DNA of 64,000 bases from a bacterium (GTDB lineage: Bacteria > Verrucomicrobiota > Verrucomicrobiia > Limisphaerales > RI-55). The stretch's first letter is position 1. Every line of letters begins with the position of its first letter. The stretch covers positions 290,967-354,966 of the forward strand of contig WGOC01000017.1 in the NCBI GenBank assembly GCA_016124235.1. The letters run 5' to 3'. Under the pieces are notes generated by a model. That model made no database searches, had not been told where the DNA came from, and was given only the letters and a program-made list of their open reading frames with translations. Both the position numbers and the translations under genes were made by a program. This document shows positions 9,239-16,994 of the stretch, one piece after another.

Positions 9239-10270
9239 TTGTACGTGCCTGTAGTCGGTGCCTCCTGGTATCGAAAGCTCGCCACGGCCGATTCAAATGT
9301 CATACTGCCGCCGGAGATGTCGCATCAGGCGGACAACGTTTCAGCCGGAACCCAGGTGGTTGCGCTGATCGAGGTGCGGGGCACCAACAATTCGTTGGTA
9401 CACCCGCGCGGTGCGGTCGGAGTGGTCACCCGCACACCGGCCGTCGCAGGGGAAAAGTTTCTCATACGATTCCCGGATGGCTTTGAAGGGACGTTCGAAC
9501 GTGATCAATTTGATGTGCTCAAGCATTTCAAAGATCGATTGGGACCGGTCTCCAATGGCACTCCGGCCTTTGATCTCGAATCCTGCATCATCTACCGCTG
9601 CGTGATCGGCTCGCGGGCCTATGGACTCGACACCGACGAATCGGACACCGACCGCCGAGGCGTTTACCTCGCGCCCGCCGATCTCCAGTGGTCGCTTTTT
9701 GGTGCGCCGGAACAATTTGAGGACCACGCCACGCAAAGTTGTTATTGGGAGCTGCAGAAATTTCTGACCATGGCCCTCAAGGCCAACCCGAACATTCTCG
9801 AATGTCTCTGGTCGCCGATGGTCGAGAAAGTCACCGACCTGGGAATGGAGCTTTTGACCATGCGCGAAGCGTTCTTGAGTCAGATGATTTTTCAGACGTT
9901 CAACGGTTACGCCGTGAGCCAGTTCAAGAAGATCGAGCAGGATTTGCGAAACTCGGGCCAGATCAAATGGAAACATGCAATGCACCTACTGCGTCTGCTG
10001 CTCACGGGCGCGGCCACATTGAGAACCGGAACTGTTCCGGTGCGCGTCGAGGCACACCGTGACCGCTTGCTCGCCGTCAAACGTGGCGAATTCGCATGGC
10101 CCGAAGTAGACGCCTGGCGCAGAGAACTCCACCGCGATTTCGAACGCGCCTTGGCCGAAACGAAATTGCCTGAACGCCCAGACTACGACGCGGCAAATAG
10201 GATCTTGATTAAAACGCGGCGAGAGATGGTAACAGCAAAAACGAACTACCACGATTACCCATGCGAATAG
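9239..10270 (+). CDS. Pol-beta superfamily nucleotidyltransferase (RlaP/PF10127-like), paralog 1, with N-terminal extension
   Basis: GSRAYGLDTDESDTDRRGVYLAP fits the GS-x(9-13)-DxD nucleotidyltransferase motif, and the C-terminal LPERPD motif is shared with paralog 2. The track start is TTG 9239, with the first ATG at 9317. The stop TAG 10268-10270 overlaps the start of the next gene. Confidence 0.7.
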   Translation: MYVPVVGASWYRKLATADSNVILPPEMSHQADNVSAGTQVVALIEVRGTNNSLVHPRGAVGVVTRTPAVAGEKFLIRFPDGFEGTFERDQFDVLKHFKDRLGPVSNGTPAFDLESCIIYRCVIGSRAYGLDTDESDTDRRGVYLAPADLQWSLFGAPEQFEDHATQSCYWELQKFLTMALKANPNILECLWSPMVEKVTDLGMELLTMREAFLSQMIFQTFNGYAVSQFKKIEQDLRNSGQIKWKHAMHLLRLLLTGAATLRTGTVPVRVEAHRDRLLAVKRGEFAWPEVDAWRRELHRDFERALAETKLPERPDYDAANRILIKTRREMVTAKTNYHDYPCE

Positions 10271-12207
10271 TCAACCTTAAGATAAACAGCTGGCGCAATT
10301 TCAGGGGTATTTCGTTGGAAATTCCAGAGGGCTCCAAACTGGTATGCTTGGTTGGAGAGAATGGGGCTGGGAAGAGCAATATTCTGGAATTAATTTCCGC
10401 GGCTGCGCATTACTTCGGCATTTCACCTGGCATCCAGATAGCGCGTGGAAATCCTTTCGATGAAGACCACGATGTTGAGATTGTTATCAAGTTTCCGGAA
10501 GCGAGAGAAATTCTGTTAGGCGAGGAATATTGCCAAACAATCATCGACAATTACCCGACATGGGACGGAACATTGCGCCTTGAGAGCTCAAGAGGAACAG
10601 GCACTCGAAACCAGACATTGGTGTATGCGGGCGGTATCGAAAATCCAGAAGTCGCTCGTTCGTTTGCTATAAGCAATCTTATCCCTCAAATCCGACAGAG
10701 AAAGGATACGTTTTACCTCTTTCTTGACGCAGACCGAGCCTACCCTCCGACTAAACTGCGCCGTGAACATTTTGCAGAAGGACTGATGCGTGCGTGGGAT
10801 TCGATCGAATGGCGTAAGAACAAGGCGTTTTTGCCGACACGCCAACTTTACGAAGAATGGATTAATTTTATGCTTTCGGTCGAAGGGCAGGAGGCAACTC
10901 AACATTTTCAAAAGCTTAGAAAAGCGCAAGAACTTTGCAATCCTGCACCGCTATTTACAGACCACTTCCTTTCATTCAAAAACTCTTTGAGAAAGGTGCT
11001 ACAACATTTGCAATTCGAGGGAGTTGATCAACAGCACCAAACAATCCTATTCGATACCGCTGCTGGGCCACTTAACTACAATCAATTGAGCGGCGGTGAA
11101 CGCGAGATCGCATTTCTGATCGGTCAAATCGAAAGATTTCAACTTCGAAGAGGCCTATTGCTAGTTGACGAACCTGAGTTGCATTTGAATTCCGACCTTA
11201 TACGTATTTGGATATCGTTCTTACGAGATACAGTCGAAGACGGGCAAACCTGGATCGCAACTCATTCGTTGGAGGCAGTCGAGGTCGCCGGCAGGATTTC
11301 AACATTTGTTTTGGAACGTTCGGAAACGAGACGAGTTGTTGATTGTGCCAGCTCGTTGGAAAATCGACCGATTCTGAACATTCTTGCCGGCGCCTTAGGC
11401 TCGCCCGCCTTTTCTCTCACAAGATTGCGGTTCGTATTCGTCGAGGGAGACCGCGGCAGAGACGAAAGAGAGCGCTTCCACAAACTTTGCCAGAATGCTC
11501 CGGAAAACCGATTCATGGAAGGAGGGGGCTGCAAAGAAGTGATCGGTAGAGTGAGAGTGGTGAGCGAACTAGCGGCTGAAACCGAAAGTCAGATACGTGT
11601 CGGAGGAATTCTCGATCGGGATTTCCGAACGCAAAGCCAGCTCGACGCGCTCACCAAAGACCTGCCAGTATTCGTTTTGCCGTGCCACGAAGTCGAAAAT
11701 TTATTCCTTCACCCAACTGGTTTGACACAACTTCAAAAAAGAATGGGAGGCACCGAATCTGTGGAGGGATTGCTTCAATTGGCCAGTGACCGGTTTGCAG
11801 GCGGTTGGATATTCCAGCATGCATACACCCAGACCAATGATCTGCCCGAACCGAGCAGAACTCTAAAAGACGGCTTTTGGAATTCTAGCTGGGCTGTTTT
11901 CTCACAGGACATCGAAAGCAAAGTAATGTCACTCATCGCGCTACAACCGGCACTTAATTCGAATGACCGAACGCGCCTCAAGACTGCCTTGGAAATAGCT
12001 GCAAGAATTTATAAAAGAGTCCGACTTGCTGACACCCTCTGGAAAGAATGTTTAGGCAAACAAACATTGGCCGAAATTTCCCGCAAGCTAGGCTTTCGAG
12101 GGCCAGAGATTGTCGAGGGATGCGTGCTGCAAATGTGGGCCAATGATGAAGTGCAAATTCCGGCCGAAGTGGAATCGGTTCGAGATTTTGTAAGCACGCT
12201 CCAATGA
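10261..12207 (+). CDS. OLD-family/PARIS (AriA-AriB fusion)-like protein: N-terminal ABC/AAA_15-21 ATPase plus C-terminal TOPRIM (DUF4435-like) nuclease
   Basis: Walker A GENGAGKSN; ABC signature-like LSGGEREIAF; Walker B LLLVDEPELHLNSD; H-loop IATHS. The C-terminus carries FVFVEGDRGRDE, ILDRDF and HEVENLF, which are TOPRIM E/DxD-type motifs. The gene is about 45% GC against about 60% for its flanks. Confidence 0.8.
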   Translation: MRIVNLKINSWRNFRGISLEIPEGSKLVCLVGENGAGKSNILELISAAAHYFGISPGIQIARGNPFDEDHDVEIVIKFPEAREILLGEEYCQTIIDNYPTWDGTLRLESSRGTGTRNQTLVYAGGIENPEVARSFAISNLIPQIRQRKDTFYLFLDADRAYPPTKLRREHFAEGLMRAWDSIEWRKNKAFLPTRQLYEEWINFMLSVEGQEATQHFQKLRKAQELCNPAPLFTDHFLSFKNSLRKVLQHLQFEGVDQQHQTILFDTAAGPLNYNQLSGGEREIAFLIGQIERFQLRRGLLLVDEPELHLNSDLIRIWISFLRDTVEDGQTWIATHSLEAVEVAGRISTFVLERSETRRVVDCASSLENRPILNILAGALGSPAFSLTRLRFVFVEGDRGRDERERFHKLCQNAPENRFMEGGGCKEVIGRVRVVSELAAETESQIRVGGILDRDFRTQSQLDALTKDLPVFVLPCHEVENLFLHPTGLTQLQKRMGGTESVEGLLQLASDRFAGGWIFQHAYTQTNDLPEPSRTLKDGFWNSSWAVFSQDIESKVMSLIALQPALNSNDRTRLKTALEIAARIYKRVRLADTLWKECLGKQTLAEISRKLGFRGPEIVEGCVLQMWANDEVQIPAEVESVRDFVSTLQ

Positions 12208-12311
12208 TCGACTCCAGTCTCGACCGCATCGTTGCGACGCAGCCTTACGCGCTGCTCTTTGCCACGATCAGCGCCTCGTATTTGACGGGAGGTTTATCAC
12301 CGGACGATTGA
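12204..12311 (+). pseudogene. Degenerate 5' remnant of an RlaP-like nucleotidyltransferase gene; its ATG overlaps the upstream TGA stop (ATGA)
   Basis: It encodes MIDSSLDRIVATQPYALLFATISASYLTGGLSPDD*, which aligns with the start of paralog 2 (MTIDTRLHSIVAAQPYPLLFATVSGAHLYGFPSPDSD). The GS...DxD catalytic residues are lost and it ends after 35 codons. Confidence 0.55.
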
Positions 12312-12355
12312 GCTGCAAGCTGGACGGCCTCACTCCGGCAGCATAACTTTTTGCC

Positions 12356-12571
12356 ATGCTTGACTGGAGCCAGTGCGAACAGGTGGAACGTCACCCGGAC
12401 GTCGTGAGTGGCGCGTGGGTGTTCAAGGGCACGCGCGTTCCGGTGGCGGCGTTTTTTGAAAACTTGGAAGAGGGTGCCTCCGTCGAGGATTCCCTCGAAT
12501 GGTTTCCCGGCGTTTCCCGTGAACAGGTCGTCGCAGTACTTTCCCACGCGGAACACCGTCTCGTGGCGTGA
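12356..12571 (+). CDS. DUF433-family small protein (putative antitoxin)
   Basis: GAWVFKGTRVPV is the DUF433 signature. It is 71 aa and its stop overlaps the start of the next gene (GTGA). Confidence 0.7.
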   Translation: MLDWSQCEQVERHPDVVSGAWVFKGTRVPVAAFFENLEEGASVEDSLEWFPGVSREQVVAVLSHAEHRLVA

Positions 12572-12885
12572 GAATTCTTTTCGATCAGGGCGTGCTGGTG
12601 CCGCTCCGGAGGGAGCTTCCCGAGCACGGCATTTCCACTGCGTTTGAACAGAGATGGTCGGCCTTGAGCAACGGCCTGTTGCTAAGTTCGGCCGAGGAGG
12701 CCGGCTTCGAATCGATGATCACCACCGACAAGAACCTGAGGTATCAGCAAAATCTGGCGGATCGTCGAGTTGCCATCCTGGTACTGCCGACAACGCGCTG
12801 GCCGGTGATCGAGCGACACACGCTGGTTGTAAAAGAGGCGTTGAAAAACCTCCGCTCGGGCGAGTATCGCGAACTATCCTGGTGA
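12568..12885 (+). CDS. DUF5615-family PIN-like protein (putative toxin of the DUF433/DUF5615 pair)
   Basis: MRILFDQGVLVPLRRELPEHGI with an acidic TTDKNL core, 105 aa, GTG start. Together with DUF433 this is the canonical pairing. Confidence 0.65.
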   Translation: MRILFDQGVLVPLRRELPEHGISTAFEQRWSALSNGLLLSSAEEAGFESMITTDKNLRYQQNLADRRVAILVLPTTRWPVIERHTLVVKEALKNLRSGEYRELSW

Positions 12886-12887
12886 TC

Positions 12888-13667
12888 ATGACCATCGACA
12901 CACGCCTTCACAGCATCGTTGCTGCGCAGCCGTATCCGCTGCTGTTTGCCACCGTCAGCGGCGCGCACCTGTATGGTTTTCCGTCCCCGGACTCTGATTT
13001 TGATTTGCGTGGCGCGCATGTGTTGCCGCTCGAAAAGGTCGTCGGTCTGGAGGTGAAGAATGAGACCCTAGAGGACAGTCGGATTATTGATGGTCTGGAC
13101 ATGGACATTGTGAGCCATGACGTGCGGAAGTTCTTTGGCCTGCTCCTGAAGAAGAACGGCTATGTGCTCGAACAACTGTTTTCGCCGCTCATCGTTCACA
13201 CCACGCCTGAGCACGAGGAGTTAAAGGCCCTTGCGGGCGGCCACAAAAAGCAGACGGGCGTAATCACTAAACATCATGCCCATCACTACTTCGGATTCGC
13301 GGAAACGCAGTGGAATTTGTTTTTGAAGGAGTCGCCGCGGCGGGTGAAGCCGCTGCTCTATGTTTATCGTGTCCTGCTCACCGGCGTTCACTTGATGCGC
13401 ACTGGGGTCATCGAAGCCAACCTCGTGACGTTGAATGGGGACTTCCAGCTGCCATACATCGCCGAGTTGATTGAGCGCAAAACGACCGGCGAGAACACGA
13501 CCTTGTCCGACGCCGATCTGTCGTTTCATGAGTCGGAATACCAGCGGCTGCGAGGTCAGTTGCAATCCGCCCACGAAGCCAGCCAACTTCCCGAGCGACC
13601 GGACGAGTCGACGCGGAATGGCTTAAACGATTTGCTCGTACGGATACGTTTGAGTTCCTGTCGCTAG
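12888..13667 (+). CDS. Pol-beta superfamily nucleotidyltransferase (RlaP/PF10127-like), paralog 2
   Basis: MTIDTRLHSIVAAQPYPLLFATVSGAHLYGFPSPDSDFDLRGAHV carries GS-x10-DxD, plus the C-terminal LPERPD motif. The ATG at 12888 lies 3 nt after the DUF5615 stop. The track ORF from 12654 includes a spurious leader. Confidence 0.75.
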   Translation: MTIDTRLHSIVAAQPYPLLFATVSGAHLYGFPSPDSDFDLRGAHVLPLEKVVGLEVKNETLEDSRIIDGLDMDIVSHDVRKFFGLLLKKNGYVLEQLFSPLIVHTTPEHEELKALAGGHKKQTGVITKHHAHHYFGFAETQWNLFLKESPRRVKPLLYVYRVLLTGVHLMRTGVIEANLVTLNGDFQLPYIAELIERKTTGENTTLSDADLSFHESEYQRLRGQLQSAHEASQLPERPDESTRNGLNDLLVRIRLSSCR

Positions 13668-13740
13668 CGGAGGCCAATTCACAAAACCGGAGGGAAAAGG
13701 CGGGCTTCTCATCCCGGATGATTTGGACCAGATTGGGTCC

Positions 13741-15099
13741 ATGCCACACATGAACATTTCAGGTATTCGCCGTTACGCGGTTCAAGGCGTCCTGCTGGCC
13801 TCGATTGGAATGCCCGCGTTCCATACTCGAGCCGATGACTGGCCGCAATGGCTGGGTCCGGAGCGGGACGGCGTCTGGCGCGAATCGGGGATTGTTGAAA
13901 CGTTGCCTGTCGGGGGCCTGACTTATCGGTGGCGCATCCCGATCGGTAGCGGCTATTCCGGGCCGGCTGTAGCGGGCGGTCGGGTCTTCGTGATGGATCG
14001 TCAGCTCGCTGCTGGAAATGCCAATCCTCAGAACGCCTTTTCCCGGGGACAGATTCCCGGCACAGAGCGGGTGCTTTGCTTGAACGAGGCAGATGGCAAA
14101 ATCCTCTGGCAACACACTTACGATTGCCCTTACACGGTCAGCTACGCAGCGGGTCCACGCGCCACACCGGCAGTGTCCGATGGCCGCGTTTACACTTTGG
14201 GTGCTGAAGGCAATTTGTTTTGCCTCAATGTCGAGGACGGCAAAGTAATCTGGTCCCATGATTTCAAAAAGGAATTCGGAATCAAGACACCGACGTGGGG
14301 CTTCGCCGGGCACCCGCTTGTGGACGGAAAAAAGTTGATCTGCCTTGCTGGTGGCAACGGCAGCGTGGCGGTTGCGTTCGACAAGGTGACCGGCCGGGAA
14401 TTGTGGCGGGCGTTGAGCGCCAAGGAACCCGGTTACGCACCGCCCATGATTTATGAATTCGATGGCAAACGGCAGTTGATCATCTGGGATCCCGAGTCGG
14501 TGAACGCGCTCGACCCGGAAACGGGGAAAGTTCTGTGGACCTACGAGCTTGAACCGCCGGTGCGACAGGGCATGGCGATTCCCACTCCGCGAAAGGTGGG
14601 CGATGAATTATTCCTCACGTCGTTTTACAACGGGTCGTTGCTCTTGCGAATCGGCCCCGATGGAGCGTCAAAAGTGTGGGCCAGCAAAAAGGTGAGCGAG
14701 ACCGACACCGACGGACTGCACAGTGTGTTTGCGCAGCCATTCATCGAGGACGGTCACATTTACGGACCGGGCAGCTATGGTCAGTATCGCTGTCTCGACC
14801 TGGAGACGGGCGAACGTTTGTGGGAAACCTTCGCGCCGACAAGCGGCAAGTCCGAACGCTGGGGCAACGCGTTCACTGTGGAGCACGGCGACCGTTGTTT
14901 CCTGTTCAGTGAAACAGGTGATCTGATCATCGCGAAGTTGAGCGCGGAGAAATACCAGGAATTGAGCCGGGCTCACCTGATCGATCCGGTGAACCACGAT
15001 CCTGGCCGACCGGTCGTGTGGTCGCACCCGGCCTTTGCCGACAAATGCGTCTTTGTGCGAAATGATCAGGAGATCGTCTGCGTGTCTTTGGCAAAGTAG
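13741..15099 (+). CDS. Secreted PQQ-like (BamB/YVTN-type) beta-propeller repeat protein
   Basis: A signal peptide is followed by DDWPQWLGPERDGVW and repeated G..LW/W.. motifs. The track start is TTG 13723. Confidence 0.65.
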   Translation: MPHMNISGIRRYAVQGVLLASIGMPAFHTRADDWPQWLGPERDGVWRESGIVETLPVGGLTYRWRIPIGSGYSGPAVAGGRVFVMDRQLAAGNANPQNAFSRGQIPGTERVLCLNEADGKILWQHTYDCPYTVSYAAGPRATPAVSDGRVYTLGAEGNLFCLNVEDGKVIWSHDFKKEFGIKTPTWGFAGHPLVDGKKLICLAGGNGSVAVAFDKVTGRELWRALSAKEPGYAPPMIYEFDGKRQLIIWDPESVNALDPETGKVLWTYELEPPVRQGMAIPTPRKVGDELFLTSFYNGSLLLRIGPDGASKVWASKKVSETDTDGLHSVFAQPFIEDGHIYGPGSYGQYRCLDLETGERLWETFAPTSGKSERWGNAFTVEHGDRCFLFSETGDLIIAKLSAEKYQELSRAHLIDPVNHDPGRPVVWSHPAFADKCVFVRNDQEIVCVSLAK

Positions 15100-15476
15100 T
15101 GAGGCATGGCGATGCTCGACGGTCTGCCCGACTGATGGCGCAGGAGGACAGCTCGCACGCCGCGACTGCCGCCGCTCGACTTCTGCGGCACGTTCGCTCC
15201 TGCTATCGCAGAAGGAATTGGGGATGGTTGGCTCGAATCCTTGGAGCAGTTCATTCCGATCGTCCATTTGACAAACCGTCACCCATGCAGCAACTGAACG
15301 CCCGCAGCGGGGGCGAACTTTCATTCGAATCGACTGAACGCAGCGCCGTTGTCGCCGCCCATTTTTCCAAGCGCGAAAAGTCTTTGTGCCTGATCATGGC
15401 GACCGCTTCATTGAGGACTGCCGCAGGTCATGCCGGAGGAAAAATTGCCTTCCGGGCATCGCGCCAACGGATCGCT

Positions 15477-16607
15477 CTATTTCTGAGCAAACGCCCACAA
15501 ATGGTTTGCCGTCCGGACAATGAGTGCGTTGCCGGCGATTGCGGGTGTGCAACGGACTTCCTCACCCAACTTGTTCACGGCCACCACGTCCAATGTATTA
15601 CCGGCGCGGAACACCGTGAGTGTGCCGCGCTCATTCACGACGTAAACCAATCCGTTTGCGGCGATGGGCGACGCGACATATTGGCCGCCGGTGCCCAAAC
15701 GTTCACGGTCCAACAATCGCTTGCCGGATTTCGGATCGGTCACGGTGACCATCCCGCCGTCGGTCACGAAATAGAGGCCACCCTGGTAATACAATGGTGA
15801 AGGCAGTTCCGGCAGTCCTCGAGTGGTCTCCCATTGAACGAACGAATCGGTGCCATCACCGCTACCACCGGGCCGGATGGCCACAAAGCGATCGGCCATG
15901 AATTTGTCACTTCGCCGCGCCATCGCCGCATCCCACTCCGATTTGGTCACGGTCCCGTCGTGATTGCGATCGACCATCGCGCCCAGCAGGCCGCGCAGTG
16001 CCCAGGAGTTTCCGGGAGTGCTGGTCGGAACTTCTTTGCGTATCTGCCAGGTCAGCGATTCGGGAACTTCGTTGATCGCCAGCTGCTGGTCGTGGTTCGC
16101 ATCGTATTTACCGATCAGCATGTTCCAGTCGAACAGCGGATCTGGTTTCGCCGACGGATCTCCCATGCCCCTGCCGCCGACGAACAACAGGTTGTCGCCC
16201 GCCACCGGCGTTGTGACGGCGCTAAAGCCCCAACCGCGGACCCACCATTTGAGCTGACCTCGGCCCAGTTCATAGCCATCGACTTGACCCCGACCGAGAA
16301 CGATCAACTCGCTCAACCCATCATGGTGCCAGAGCGTGATCAATTGCCGATTGGTGAAACCCGTCACGAAAACTCGGTCTCGCCAAATGATCGGCGATGA
16401 AACACCGGGCGGAGCGTCCGTTCGCCACGACAAATTGGTTTCGAGTCCGAAATGAATGGGTGGGTGGGCGGATTCGGCGACTCCCGAACCATCGGGGCCA
16501 CGAAATTGAGGCCAGTTTTCTTGAGCCATCGTCTCAATGGGGAAGACAAGGCACATCGCGCCAACCGCGAGACAACACGGCGCGAGCCGCTTTGAAAAGT
16601 CACGCAT
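15477..16607 (-). CDS. Secreted PQQ-like beta-propeller protein with EF-hand-like calcium-binding motifs
   Basis: A signal peptide is followed by NWPQFRGPDGSGV. EF-hand-like loops are DANHDQQLAINE and DRNHDGTVTKSEWD. Confidence 0.65.
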   Translation of the reverse strand: MRDFSKRLAPCCLAVGAMCLVFPIETMAQENWPQFRGPDGSGVAESAHPPIHFGLETNLSWRTDAPPGVSSPIIWRDRVFVTGFTNRQLITLWHHDGLSELIVLGRGQVDGYELGRGQLKWWVRGWGFSAVTTPVAGDNLLFVGGRGMGDPSAKPDPLFDWNMLIGKYDANHDQQLAINEVPESLTWQIRKEVPTSTPGNSWALRGLLGAMVDRNHDGTVTKSEWDAAMARRSDKFMADRFVAIRPGGSGDGTDSFVQWETTRGLPELPSPLYYQGGLYFVTDGGMVTVTDPKSGKRLLDRERLGTGGQYVASPIAANGLVYVVNERGTLTVFRAGNTLDVVAVNKLGEEVRCTPAIAGNALIVRTANHLWAFAQK

Positions 16608-16994
16608 GAGGTTATTGGGGATTCAAATGCTGAGACTAGCTTGGCCCCCATTCAAACGCACCAGGAATTTTGAAAACCCTCAATTGTTATCGGGCGCGAA
16701 CCAAACCATACGGCCGCATTGACTCACACCTGGCGCAAATGGCTCTCGACAGTAAGTCCGTTTCCCGGGTCCAGTGTGTTGGTCACGCGCATATCATGAA
16801 GTTCGTCGGCGTTTCGCGTGCGGCGCCGGCGCGTCACATCGAAAGTCGATAATGAAGGCATCGTGTTGCGACGACTCACTGTTTTGACACGCAGCACCCA
16901 GACAAACAGCGCTGAATCGAGTGGTGATTGCGACTGGCGAAGCAGCGCGGAATTGCGCTTCCCCGTCAGGCGCGAGCAGACTAAAAAGCCGCGC

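Noticed and set aside
15099-15800. 233-aa plus-strand ORF across the convergent PQQ-gene gap
   Set aside because: It overlaps the 3' end of the minus-strand PQQ gene in antisense. Its composition is Arg/Ala-rich. No supporting motif.
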